A stretch of 63,717 nucleotides of DNA, counting the filler. It is 3 parts of 3 records of this genome, joined end to end, with 100 filler letters (N's around TTAATTAATTAA, not from the genome) between each part and the next. Parts side by side here need not be neighbours in the genome. Positions count along the whole stretch, not along the records: positions 1 to 9,347 come from SRR31156797_7567; positions 9,448 to 33,785 come from SRR31156797_7573; 1 more part is not named here. The stretch is one strand, 5' to 3'. The notes under the pieces were generated by a model that had not been told where the DNA came from, did not search any database, and saw nothing but the letters and a program-made list of their open reading frames with translations. Every line of letters starts with the position of its first letter. Within the stretch, counting starts at the first letter, position 1. Shown one piece after another: positions 1-9,951 of this stretch. Position numbers and translations under genes: made by a program.

Positions 1-2
1 AT

Positions 3-587
3 TTATTTCTTAAACGAATATTTATACTCATGTTCATCCGAACTCAGTACAACATTATAGTTACCAGCTTCTAGTCTTGTTAAATCAAATCCAGAGTTAA
101 TAGGAATCCTGTTTTCAAGCGACGAACGAAAAACAGCTCCGTTATCATCATAGATGGTTACAAAATAACCGGCTTTTTCAAAATTTAAGTGTGTAATTAC
201 CAGGTTCGTTCCATTAAATTCGAAATATGGAGCAGGGTACTCTTTTTCATTTTGCACCAGAATTTTATCCGAACTTACAACCAGTTCTCTTTCGTTGATC
301 AAGTTGCCCAGTTTTACCACCATTTTATATTCACCGTTTGGTAAATCTTTAACATCAAAAACCTTGTGAAAAGAATCAACTGGTTTTTGCGATCTTTTGT
401 AGTAAATAACTCCTTCAATATCGTCCGAAATACTTACTTCCATATCCACTGCTTCGTCTGCCTTAACAGCTACCAGAACATGATTAGCATTTAAAGGATG
501 AACATTCATTTTGGGTTTATTGATGGCAAAAGTTGCCAGCGCCATTCCCACGGCAAAAATTGTTACTACTAATTTTTTTGTTTTCAT
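3..587 (-). CDS. Secreted hypothetical protein with two tandem Ig-like beta-sandwich domains (DUF3244/T9SS-CTD-like), Bacteroidota type
   Basis: ORF 3..611, likely start MKTKKLVV at 587 with a signal peptide; repeated motifs FDVKDLPNGEYKMVV and FDLTRLEAGNYNVVL. Confidence 0.6.
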   Translation of the reverse strand: MKTKKLVVTIFAVGMALATFAINKPKMNVHPLNANHVLVAVKADEAVDMEVSISDDIEGVIYYKRSQKPVDSFHKVFDVKDLPNGEYKMVVKLGNLINERELVVSSDKILVQNEKEYPAPYFEFNGTNLVITHLNFEKAGYFVTIYDDNGAVFRSSLENRIPINSGFDLTRLEAGNYNVVLSSDEHEYKYSFKK

Positions 588-912
588 TACAAATAATTTT
601 AATTGTTTCAACTGTTTTCACTACCAATTCCAATTCAGTTGTTTTTAATCATTCAATGACATAAAAATCCTGAATTTTCAAAGTTTGTTCTTAGTAAAAG
701 ATAAGGAAATAGTTTTTCTCTTTCGAGAAGAAATAGTTTAATTGTCTTGACGACACAATGATAGTTATTATTCCAATATTTAGGGTAATGATTGGCTTGG
801 GGGACTAAAAAATTTAGCAAAGCTTAACTTTGTTCCAACCACACTACTATTTTTCTACTCAACCGGAAGCCCTTCTGTGGCCAACCTATATTAATCCTAT
901 TTTTTTTTGAAT

Positions 913-950
913 AAAAACAGGCCACCATAAACCGTTTATATGATAGCCTA
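913..950 (-). terminator. Rho-independent terminator after the serine hydrolase
   Basis: Minus strand AGGCTATCATATAAA-CGG-TTTATGGTGGCCT followed by GTTTTT. Confidence 0.6.
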
Positions 951-976
951 TTCTTCCGGTTTCTTTATCGATTGTG

Positions 977-2275
977 TTAATCATCAATCGAAGAGAAGAC
1001 AAGCTGTCGGAACTTCCAGGCGGTTTGATCATTTACCTTTCCCTGGGTTTGCTTCATAATAATTCCGATTACCTGTTCCTTTGGATCGGCAAAATACTGG
1101 GTATTAAAATAGCCGCCCCATTCAAAAGTACCGGTGCTTCCTTTTCCCCCCATACCTTCACCAATTTGGGTAACTACATTAAAAGCCAGGCCATGTTTCA
1201 TATCTGATTTTTCTCCCCAAATGTCGCCAATTTGATTGGCCATAATCACTTCAATTGTTTTACGGCTTAACAAACGAGTGCCATTATACTCCCCTCCGTT
1301 TAAATACATTTGAAGAAATGTAGCATAGTCTTTTGCTGTACTAGATAATCCGGCACCACCCGAAAAGAAAGTTTTGGCTCCTTTTACAGGATAATCGGTA
1401 TCATAAAAAGTAACCGGATATTTTTCCCATTCCCCATCAACATTGTGCTGAACTGCCACTAAACGGTCTGCTTTACTGTTGGGTTGATAAAAACGAGTAT
1501 CTTCCATCCCCAGCGGATCGAAAATATGTGTTTGCAAAAATTGATCGAAAGGCATACCCGAAACTACTTCTATAAAATACCCCAACACATCCAATCCTTC
1601 GCTGTAGGTAAACTTCTCGCCAGGTTGATGATGCAAAGGAAGTTGAGCCAGTTTTTTAATACTCTCTTCAATGGTCACTTTTTTTGTTGAAAACAAGTCG
1701 GTAACTCCGGCTTTTTTGTACAACATTTTAAAACGTTCGTCGCTGTCGATTACACCATATCCAATTCCCGAAGTATGGGTTAACAAATGCCGGATTGTAA
1801 TTTCTTTTTTAACCGGTTCACCTGTCCAGGTAGTATCTTTATACTGAAAGCTTTTAAGAACCTTTTGGTTTTTAAACTCCGGAATGTATTTTGAAATCGG
1901 ATCATCCAACTGAAACTTTCCTTCTTCCCAAAGCATCATAACAGCAGTTGAAGTAATTGCTTTTGACTGAGAAGCAATACGAAAAATATCATCGCGTTTT
2001 AATTTTCGATCTTTTTCATTCTCGGCCATTCCATAGGCTTTCCAATGCACAATTTTTCCCTTGCGCACCATTAATGAAACAATTCCCGGCAAATTGCCTT
2101 TTGCCACTTCTTCTGCACACATTTTATCCAAACGTTCCAATCTTTCAGCTGAAACTCCTACACTTTCGGGACTGGCCTCAGAAAGCTTTGCTGATTTTTG
2201 TAGTGATTTTGTTTGTGCTACTCCTGCATTCGTAAGAAATGCCAATACGAAAATAAACAGATAGAGATTTTTCAT
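977..2275 (-). CDS. Serine hydrolase, beta-lactamase class C/esterase family, secreted
   Basis: FRIASQSK (SxxK), LLTHTSG, FTYS and WGG motifs; signal peptide. Confidence 0.9.
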   Translation of the reverse strand: MKNLYLFIFVLAFLTNAGVAQTKSLQKSAKLSEASPESVGVSAERLERLDKMCAEEVAKGNLPGIVSLMVRKGKIVHWKAYGMAENEKDRKLKRDDIFRIASQSKAITSTAVMMLWEEGKFQLDDPISKYIPEFKNQKVLKSFQYKDTTWTGEPVKKEITIRHLLTHTSGIGYGVIDSDERFKMLYKKAGVTDLFSTKKVTIEESIKKLAQLPLHHQPGEKFTYSEGLDVLGYFIEVVSGMPFDQFLQTHIFDPLGMEDTRFYQPNSKADRLVAVQHNVDGEWEKYPVTFYDTDYPVKGAKTFFSGGAGLSSTAKDYATFLQMYLNGGEYNGTRLLSRKTIEVIMANQIGDIWGEKSDMKHGLAFNVVTQIGEGMGGKGSTGTFEWGGYFNTQYFADPKEQVIGIIMKQTQGKVNDQTAWKFRQLVFSSIDD

Positions 2276-2328
2276 TCCGATATTAAGATTTTAAATTGAT
2301 TTTTTGATTCGAATACTCAAAAGATTTT

Positions 2329-2336
2329 CAAATATA
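2329..2336 (-). promoter_or_regulatory. Bacteroidota -7 promoter element (TAnnTTTG)
   Basis: TATATTTG on the minus strand about 55 nt upstream of the serine hydrolase start. Confidence 0.45.
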
Positions 2337-2378
2337 AAAATTTATCCTTTCTGGTTCCAATAAAGAATAATCTTAAAA

Positions 2379-4880
2379 TCAGTCTTCTAAAATAATTTCA
2401 ATGGATGAACCTTTAAGTCCCTCGGCACTTGCCGAAAGTGTTACTCTACCGGTTTCTTTTCCCAGTGGCCTAATTATTGCCAGGCATTTCCCTTTCCAAG
2501 TTCTTCTTTTGGGTTGTTGGAAACTATCCATATCAACAGGACTACCATTACCAACCCCTGCAATTTCGGCCTTCCCTTCAATGCTGAAATGAACATTTAA
2601 ACTATCAACATCAGGTACAAGATTTCCCTTATCATCTACAATTTCGGCCATCACATACGAAAGATCGTTTCGATTTGCTTTAATCCTCAACCTGTCGGCC
2701 ACTAGTCTAACGGCCGCTGGTTTTCCAACAGTTCTTAAAGTATCAACTCCTATTTCATTGCCGTTATCATCAAAACCTCTGGCCACCAAAACTCCTGATT
2801 CAAAAGGCACATTAAATGTGGCCTTGATAGATTCATCAGGATTAATGGTTGTCTGTCCAAGTGTTTTCCCATTTAATTCCAACACAACTTTACTACTTTT
2901 TGTGTATACATTTACTTGCAAATCTTCGCCTTCAGAACCTTCCCAATTCCACGATTTATATTCGTTGGGCCACCCCCATTGGCTAACCATTTCTTTATAC
3001 CCTTCAGGTATGGGTTCATGTACCATCATTTCAAGCGGGCTTTTCCCCCAAACAACCAACTGATGATAATAGCGTGGCTTATAGTTTCCAATTAAATCAA
3101 TATCTCCTTGAAAATTCGTATATACCGGCCATGAGTCTTTGGAAAAAAAGGCACCCATTCCTTTCCCTTTCCCCTTAGGTTTATCCGGAACAATCCTCGA
3201 CACCCCAACTCCAGCTTCACCAATGTAATCCATAATTACCCAGGCAAAATTGCCAATAACGTATGGGTGTTTTTTGAGCATTCTCCAGTTCTCGAACGAA
3301 TATAGCGGTCCAAACTCGGTTGCCATCATTATTCGCTCCGGGTATTGCTCGTGGTCTTCTTCGTATCGTTTAAACATATAATTGTAGCCAACTACATCTA
3401 ACAGTTCCAAACTCGCAGCTGCATTGTGCCACCGGGTATAATCCTTAGTCATAAATGCAAAATCGTTATACCCTACGGTAATTCCTCTCGATTCATCAAG
3501 TTCCTTTATTGTATTTACCATATCTCTGGTGATTCGGTATCCTGTAACCGTATCTAAAGATTCATGTATTTCATTGCCAAAACTCCAAAAAACAACTGAC
3601 GGATGATTTCGGTCCCTTCGAATAAAAGCTTCAAGGTCTTTCTTCCACCAATCCTTAAAAAAACGAGAATAGTCATCATCCGAAACCTTTGGCTCTTCCC
3701 AATTATCAAATATTTCGTCAATCACAATCATGCCCAGTCGATCACACACGTCAAGTAAATAAGGTGATGGAGGATTATGACTCGTTCGAATAGCATTCAA
3801 ACCGGCAGCTTTAAAAAGTTCCACTTTTCGTTCTTCAGCACGATCAATAGCCATTGCACCAAGTGGCCCATTGTCGTGATGAAAACAGCCACCGATAAGT
3901 TCTAACGGTTCACCATTTAACAAAAATCCCTTTTCTGCACTAAAATCAATCGAGCGAATTCCAAACCTGGTAGTTATAATATCAAGCGTTCTATTCTTAT
4001 CCGTTATTTTTACTCTTGCCGAATAAAGTTGTGGTGTTTTAGGTGACCACAGTTGCGGATGGGCAATCTCGATGTTACTTATTACCTCATTTTTTGATTG
4101 TGGTTTTAGCTCCGAATCTATTGAACTCTTTGCAACAATATCACCCTGAGCATTCAACACTTCAACCTCCAACATTATTTCCCTGTTTGTTGCTAAAATG
4201 TTATTAAGGGTAGTTGCAATATTTATTTCAGCTTTTTCTTTTGTAACTACCGGCGTTTGCACAAACACTCCCCAAATATCAACATGAACAGGATTGAGCA
4301 AATAAAGCCAGGTATGCCTGTAAATTCCCGATCCTGAATACCAACGGGCATTTTCTCCTTCATTCTTCACTTGAACTGCAATGAGGTTTTCCTGTCCGAC
4401 CTCATTCAAGTAAGGAGTAATATCGAAATAAAATGAATTGTAACCATAAGGTTGGCTTCCCACAAGTTTTCCGTTCACCCAAACAGTTGAATTCATATAA
4501 ATACCATCAAACTGCAAATAGGCTATCTTCCCTTTGTTTTCTTCGCTAATTTTAAATGATTTACGATACCAGGCCGTTCCTCCCAATGTATAACCTGTTC
4601 GCATTTTATGCGGAGAAGTGAGTGCATGTGGCCCTTTTATACTATCCGATTGATTGGGCAAATCTTCAATACTCCAATCGTGTGGTAAATCAAGAAGACG
4701 CCATGCTGAGTCATCAAAATTTATGTCTTCTGCTCCTTCCTGATCAGATTTAATAAATTTCCAGTCTGCATCAAAATTAACACCCCTTTCCAAAGATTCC
4801 TTCTCAGTATAAACACACGAAGTGCACCAAGCAAATAGCGCAAGGGAAATTGCGATAAAAAATAGTTTTAAGTTTTTCAT
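2379..4880 (-). CDS. Glycoside hydrolase family 2 (beta-galactosidase-like)
   Basis: LPHDWSIE, RWYSGSGIYR, GGCFHHDNG, RTSHNPP, RDRNHPSVVFWSFGNE (acid/base) and MMATEF (nucleophile) motifs. Confidence 0.92.
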   Translation of the reverse strand: MKNLKLFFIAISLALFAWCTSCVYTEKESLERGVNFDADWKFIKSDQEGAEDINFDDSAWRLLDLPHDWSIEDLPNQSDSIKGPHALTSPHKMRTGYTLGGTAWYRKSFKISEENKGKIAYLQFDGIYMNSTVWVNGKLVGSQPYGYNSFYFDITPYLNEVGQENLIAVQVKNEGENARWYSGSGIYRHTWLYLLNPVHVDIWGVFVQTPVVTKEKAEINIATTLNNILATNREIMLEVEVLNAQGDIVAKSSIDSELKPQSKNEVISNIEIAHPQLWSPKTPQLYSARVKITDKNRTLDIITTRFGIRSIDFSAEKGFLLNGEPLELIGGCFHHDNGPLGAMAIDRAEERKVELFKAAGLNAIRTSHNPPSPYLLDVCDRLGMIVIDEIFDNWEEPKVSDDDYSRFFKDWWKKDLEAFIRRDRNHPSVVFWSFGNEIHESLDTVTGYRITRDMVNTIKELDESRGITVGYNDFAFMTKDYTRWHNAAASLELLDVVGYNYMFKRYEEDHEQYPERIMMATEFGPLYSFENWRMLKKHPYVIGNFAWVIMDYIGEAGVGVSRIVPDKPKGKGKGMGAFFSKDSWPVYTNFQGDIDLIGNYKPRYYHQLVVWGKSPLEMMVHEPIPEGYKEMVSQWGWPNEYKSWNWEGSEGEDLQVNVYTKSSKVVLELNGKTLGQTTINPDESIKATFNVPFESGVLVARGFDDNGNEIGVDTLRTVGKPAAVRLVADRLRIKANRNDLSYVMAEIVDDKGNLVPDVDSLNVHFSIEGKAEIAGVGNGSPVDMDSFQQPKRRTWKGKCLAIIRPLGKETGRVTLSASAEGLKGSSIEIILED

Positions 4881-5067
4881 AAGCCAGATTATAAAATTCC
4901 TCTTTTAGCTGATTTCAAAGAGAGTTCATTTATATGACGTTACAAAAAGATTATACAACTAGAATTCATTATCAAACTTTTCTATGAAATGTAGAATCAC
5001 TTATTAAAACTGCTATTTTACAAGAAAGAGACCTTTTTTTATCAAGGTTAAAGCAATTCCTTCAATG

Positions 5068-7143
5068 TTATTTCAATTTCCAAACCAGAACTCCGGCTGT
5101 GGGGATACTGTTCGCGCCGATTAACACCTCCGCATCTTCAGATAAATTCATATCATAAGGTGTATCCCGGTAATTAACAGCAATACCAAAACCATCGCGG
5201 TACTCCACCATTATTCCTTCAGGATAATTTTCGGTTTTTATCTCCAACTGAGTATAAAACTTGCTTAAGACGGCTTTTTCCAGATCGCCATTTTTACTGT
5301 CAACGCCAATGTAACAAACTGTACCTTTACCAAGCTTATTTAATGTAACAGCTGCTTTCCCCGAATAGTAATCACCTGTATACTTTGCCCAGGTTACAGT
5401 TTGGCTCGCCGGGTTCAACACATCCCCCCAACTATTCCATTCAAAACTATTTGCTTCCATTTTAACAGAACCGGTATCAAATTCCCGCAACAAATCAAAA
5501 AATTCAATCTCTCCACCTATCAGTTCATAAATAGGCTCAGCATGTTTAGCTTGCCACAAATGCCCCAATTCGTTTTGGTGGCCGGTACGACACGACATTA
5601 CAAGATTACCACCATCTTTTACATATTCCGTTAGTTTTTTTACCAAATCCATACTCATTTGCTGGTATGCTGGTAATACCAGAACCGGGTATTTCGAAAA
5701 ATCCATATCCTCCCGAATAAAATCAACCGGAGCACCAAAAGCTTTTAAGGGCTTATAATACTTCAACACATGTTGCTCGGTTTCCCAAAGCCAGGTTTTT
5801 TTATTCTGATTTATTGCTGCTGTATTATCCGGATCGTATAAAATAGCAGTTTGGCGTTTGAAATAATCTGTCGGGACTTTATCAATTTGGGCATGTTTTC
5901 TAAGCAATTTTATCTCCTGGTTAAATTGTTGGTATTCCAATCCACCCGTTGTTGGTGTTACACCATCGGCACCAACAATACCGTAGTGGTATTGCTCATA
6001 ACCATAAATCGGTGCCCTGAACCGATAGGTACAGGTAAATTTGCTTCCGCCAGCAAAAATATGCCATAACCATAATCGAACGGCTCCGGGCAGGGGCTGC
6101 GAATTAATTGTTCCCCAGTTTACCTGACCTGGTTGTAATTCCATAACCCCGTAGATTGGCGATAAAGGCCTGAAATAATCGTTTGCCATACCAATTCGGG
6201 AATACTCCCCAACACGGTAACCCTTTTTCCCAATTCCGGGATGCTCACCGTAAACCATATACCTTGTATAGCTGATAAAATCAAGCTCTTTGCTGGCACC
6301 AATATAACGGGCGTTGTAGTATGGAATGTAGTTCGTTGTTATCCACTGATCAGGATTGGCGTATTTACGAATCACTTTTGCCTGTTCATCCAAAAAAACG
6401 GAGGTTTCATCATCACAAAACCGGCCATGATCCAAACGCTGGTACAGATTCATCCCCCATTGTTTATGTTTTGGGATATTTATCTCAGAGAAATCACTAT
6501 ACGTCCCACTCCAGAAATTGGTACCCCAGGCTTTGTTTAAAGCACCAATGTTTCCATATTTGTTTTTTAGCCAATTACGAAAACGTTGTTGTGCATCCTT
6601 TCCATAATCCACATTTGTTGCTGGCTCATTGTCCAATTGCCACCCCATTATTCGAGAATCGTTGCCATAATGTTTTGCCAGTTCAGCAATCATTTTAAAA
6701 GAATACTCTCGATAATAATTATTTGAAAAAGAGGCATGTTGCCTAGATCCATGATCCATCGTCGTTCCATCTTCGTGCATTTTTAATATGTCGGGATGTT
6801 TACGCACCAACCAAACCGGAGGGGTTGCAGTTGAGGTACACATAATTACTTTCAGCTTGTATTTAGCAGCCAGTTCAACGGCTCTGTCCAGCCATGCAAA
6901 ATCATAAACTCCTTCCTGAGGTTCAAGTTGTGCCCAGGCAAATTCGGCAAAATGGGTGTACTCAAAGCCCATCTCTGCCATTTTTTTAATATCTCTTTCC
7001 CATTGCGATTCATCCCAGTGTTCTGGATAGTAATAAGCTCCAACTGTAGTCAATTGTTCGTCGGGAAAAGACTTTTCTATCACTTGTGTGCTACCCGTCG
7101 CCCACAAAAAAAATAAAATAAATACTAAAGCTAGTTTTTGCAT
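5068..7143 (-). CDS. Glycoside hydrolase family 42 beta-galactosidase
   Basis: YYPEHW, AEFAWAQLEP, TATPPVWL, WQLDNEP and VMELQPG motifs; start MQKLALV at 7143 with a signal peptide. Confidence 0.92.
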   Translation of the reverse strand: MQKLALVFILFFLWATGSTQVIEKSFPDEQLTTVGAYYYPEHWDESQWERDIKKMAEMGFEYTHFAEFAWAQLEPQEGVYDFAWLDRAVELAAKYKLKVIMCTSTATPPVWLVRKHPDILKMHEDGTTMDHGSRQHASFSNNYYREYSFKMIAELAKHYGNDSRIMGWQLDNEPATNVDYGKDAQQRFRNWLKNKYGNIGALNKAWGTNFWSGTYSDFSEINIPKHKQWGMNLYQRLDHGRFCDDETSVFLDEQAKVIRKYANPDQWITTNYIPYYNARYIGASKELDFISYTRYMVYGEHPGIGKKGYRVGEYSRIGMANDYFRPLSPIYGVMELQPGQVNWGTINSQPLPGAVRLWLWHIFAGGSKFTCTYRFRAPIYGYEQYHYGIVGADGVTPTTGGLEYQQFNQEIKLLRKHAQIDKVPTDYFKRQTAILYDPDNTAAINQNKKTWLWETEQHVLKYYKPLKAFGAPVDFIREDMDFSKYPVLVLPAYQQMSMDLVKKLTEYVKDGGNLVMSCRTGHQNELGHLWQAKHAEPIYELIGGEIEFFDLLREFDTGSVKMEANSFEWNSWGDVLNPASQTVTWAKYTGDYYSGKAAVTLNKLGKGTVCYIGVDSKNGDLEKAVLSKFYTQLEIKTENYPEGIMVEYRDGFGIAVNYRDTPYDMNLSEDAEVLIGANSIPTAGVLVWKLK

Positions 7144-7784
7144 TGTTGAGTTTTTTATTGATTTAATCAATCTATTTCTTGTTCTAAAAAATTCGAATCC
7201 CATCCGTAGAATTTCCTTGTCTGAATTTAAGATTTAAAGAATTTCTTTATTTAATCGTACTTTTCGTTCGTATAACCAAGACGCAATGTTTTATTTATGC
7301 ACCTAGCTTCAACTTCACATAAAAATGAAAAGCCTCAGGGAAAAACAGATTTTTTTTCGATTCTTCCTGTTTCGTTTGTTTAAGTAATATTTGCCCGAAG
7401 ATACAATTTTGCAAACATATTATTCGATATTGATCCAAGAATACAAAGCCCTTAGGGAGGGCCCTCAACTATATCTATTTCTGCCTTTTACAGACACAAT
7501 GAATTAATTCACCACAAGAAAGGAAACAAATGAAACATCTTTTTAAAACATTTTGTACTACCCCGTTAACATATTATCCATCAATCAAAACATTTACTCA
7601 AGCCTCAATACTGATAATAAGTAAATTTGCTATTCATTATTTGAATCGAATTTTACAAATGACAGTTTAGTTTAGTTGATGAATTATATTTAAGTTTTCC
7701 ATCAATTGAAGCACTTCGGGCAGGCTTAACAGCTAACCTGAAGTATTCAAAATCTAAACGGACTAATAAAAAAATCAACCTGAA

Positions 7785-9281
7785 GTGACTAATTCTAAAA
7801 AAGCAAGATGTTTATTCCTCCCTTTTTCCCTGTTTTTTCTTCTTTTAACAGGCTTAAATGCCTGCGACAGTTCGGAAGATGTTCCCGAAGTGATAATTGA
7901 AGCTGAGTTATCAGCATCTCCTACAGATTTAACTTTTAGTGCTGATGGAGGAAATACAACCGTAAGTGTTGTTAGTAACCAGTCGTGGACAATAAAAAGT
8001 TCCGAAGATTGGTGTAATTCATCTGTAACAACATCAAAAGCGAATGCAGCTATTACAATTACTGTAAATGCCAGTTATGTTGAAGCTGAAAGAACAGCTA
8101 CTATCACTATAAGCACGAGTGAGACTGATGATGTAAAAATTACAATTACGCAGGAAGCTTATACACCCGATCCGCAGTATGTTAGTTATATTGAGCCGGA
8201 CAAGACAGGAATGAGCAGTGAAGCCATTACACTTGCATCAAACATAAAAATAGGATGGAACCTGGGAAATACATTGGAAGCCATTGGTGGCGAAACAGCC
8301 TGGGGCAATCCGGAAGTAAGCGAAGAAATGATTCTTGCAGTAAAAGATGCCGGTTTTAATGCAGTGCGTATACCTTGTTCCTGGGATCAGTATTTACAAG
8401 ATGAGATAAATTACAGAATTAAAGAATCGTGGTTAGAACGTGTAAAAGAAGTTGTAGACTATTGCGTAGAGAATGACCAGTATGCAATTCTGAACATTCA
8501 CTGGGATGGTGGATGGCTGGAAAACAACTGCACATCCGATAAGCAAGAAGAGGTTAATACCAAACTGACTTCACTCTGGAAACAGATTGCTATTTATTTC
8601 CGCGATTACGATGAACGATTACTTTTTGCCGGAGCTAACGAACCCAATGCCGAGAACCAGCAACAAGTGAATGTTTTAAATACCTACATGCAAACATTTG
8701 TTAATACTGTTCGGGCTACTGGTGGAAGAAATACTTATCGAAATCTAATTATACAAGCCCCTTACACCGACGTTGATAAAGCCGACGAATTTATGACCAT
8801 GCCCAGTGATGAGATCGATAATCGTTTGCTGGCTGAGGTTCACTATTACTCTCCTTATCAATTCTGCCTAATGGAGGAGGATGCTGATTGGGGAAATATG
8901 TTCTACTTCTGGGGCGAACCATTTCATTTGGAAGGAGCAGAAGAACGTTACCCTAACTGGGATTGCGAAGAGAGTTATATGCAAGCTCAGTTTCTGAAAA
9001 TGAAACAGAAGTTAGTAGACAATGGAGTTCCGGTTATTTTGGGAGAATTTGCCGCATTAAAGCGTACCATAACCGAAAGTACTGAATGGCAAACAAAACA
9101 CGATGAATCGCGTGCTTACTTTTACAAGAAAGTAGTTCAACTTTCAAAAAATAATGGATTAATTCCTTTTTTCTGGGATCCCGGAAGTGGTATCTTTGAT
9201 CGAACAACACACTCAATTAGCGATACACTGTGTTATACGGGACTTATTGATGGTGCCAACATGGGGGAATATCCCTATTAA
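7785..9281 (+). CDS. Lipoprotein with BACON domain plus GH5 endoglucanase/xyloglucanase
   Basis: Lipobox LNAC; BACON-like segment (VVSNQSWTI...WC...ERTATITI); GWNLGNTLEA, RIPCSW, NIHWDGGW, ANEP, HYYSP and ILGEF motifs. Confidence 0.9.
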   Translation: MTNSKKARCLFLPFSLFFLLLTGLNACDSSEDVPEVIIEAELSASPTDLTFSADGGNTTVSVVSNQSWTIKSSEDWCNSSVTTSKANAAITITVNASYVEAERTATITISTSETDDVKITITQEAYTPDPQYVSYIEPDKTGMSSEAITLASNIKIGWNLGNTLEAIGGETAWGNPEVSEEMILAVKDAGFNAVRIPCSWDQYLQDEINYRIKESWLERVKEVVDYCVENDQYAILNIHWDGGWLENNCTSDKQEEVNTKLTSLWKQIAIYFRDYDERLLFAGANEPNAENQQQVNVLNTYMQTFVNTVRATGGRNTYRNLIIQAPYTDVDKADEFMTMPSDEIDNRLLAEVHYYSPYQFCLMEEDADWGNMFYFWGEPFHLEGAEERYPNWDCEESYMQAQFLKMKQKLVDNGVPVILGEFAALKRTITESTEWQTKHDESRAYFYKKVVQLSKNNGLIPFFWDPGSGIFDRTTHSISDTLCYTGLIDGANMGEYPY

Positions 9282-9320
9282 AATGACAAAAAAAAAATTG
9301 AAATATAATATACCAATCTG

Positions 9321-9347
9321 ATGAAAAAATTATTGATTTATGCATTT
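9321..9347 (+). CDS. Start of a gene (MKKLLIYAF, signal-peptide-like) truncated by the contig end
   Basis: ATGAAAAAATTATTGATTTATGCATTT runs into the N spacer. Confidence 0.45.
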
Positions 9348-9447
9348 NNNNNNNNNNNNNNNNNNNNNNNNNNNNNNNNNNNNNNNNNNNNTTAATTAAT
9401 TAANNNNNNNNNNNNNNNNNNNNNNNNNNNNNNNNNNNNNNNNNNNN
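9348..9447. other. Artificial contig-joining spacer
   Basis: N run with TTAATTAATTAA (stops in all six frames) at 9392-9403; base composition and gene style change across it. Confidence 0.97.
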
Positions 9448-9636
9448 ACTGAATCCGAAAAAGGGGCTGTTAAAAAACCACAAGACGATTCCCAGCCAGA
9501 TAAGGGAGGCCAGAAGATGCTTGGGCTTCTTTTTAATAAGGGAATAAAAGAGAAAAGAAAGCACCATGCCCAATGCAATCAGCATGATGCTGTTTTGAAC
9601 CACGAGGGATTTTATGATAAAAATTTGAGTGTCCAT
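9448..9636 (-). CDS. Membrane hypothetical protein, 3'-truncated by the spacer
   Basis: ORF MDTQIFIIK... with two hydrophobic segments. Confidence 0.55.
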
Positions 9637-9951
9637 ACTTTGAAGATGAAGCTCTTAACACAAGATCCGGGCATTTGTCAAAGAAGGGTTCCGCGGGTGA
9701 TGAAAAAATCTTGTGTTATGATGGGAAAAATTGAAAGATTTAAAAAAACCTACACCAGAATCGGATTAGGTGCAACCTTTCTCTTGACAGCCCAAAAACC
9801 CTTTTGTTAGATTCCGGCCGATGTTGTAAATCTCAATTGACGTGAAAAGTTTCAAAAAATACCACTCAATTGCCTTACGCCCCTAACCCATGGGGCGATA
9901 AGGCAATTTAGTATTCGGTCCCTTGCCAAGTTAGACGGAGGAAAACGTTTC

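Noticed and set aside
9392-9403. TTAATTAATTAA palindrome, also at 33830-33841
   Set aside because: Synthetic six-frame stop linker inside N padding, not biological.
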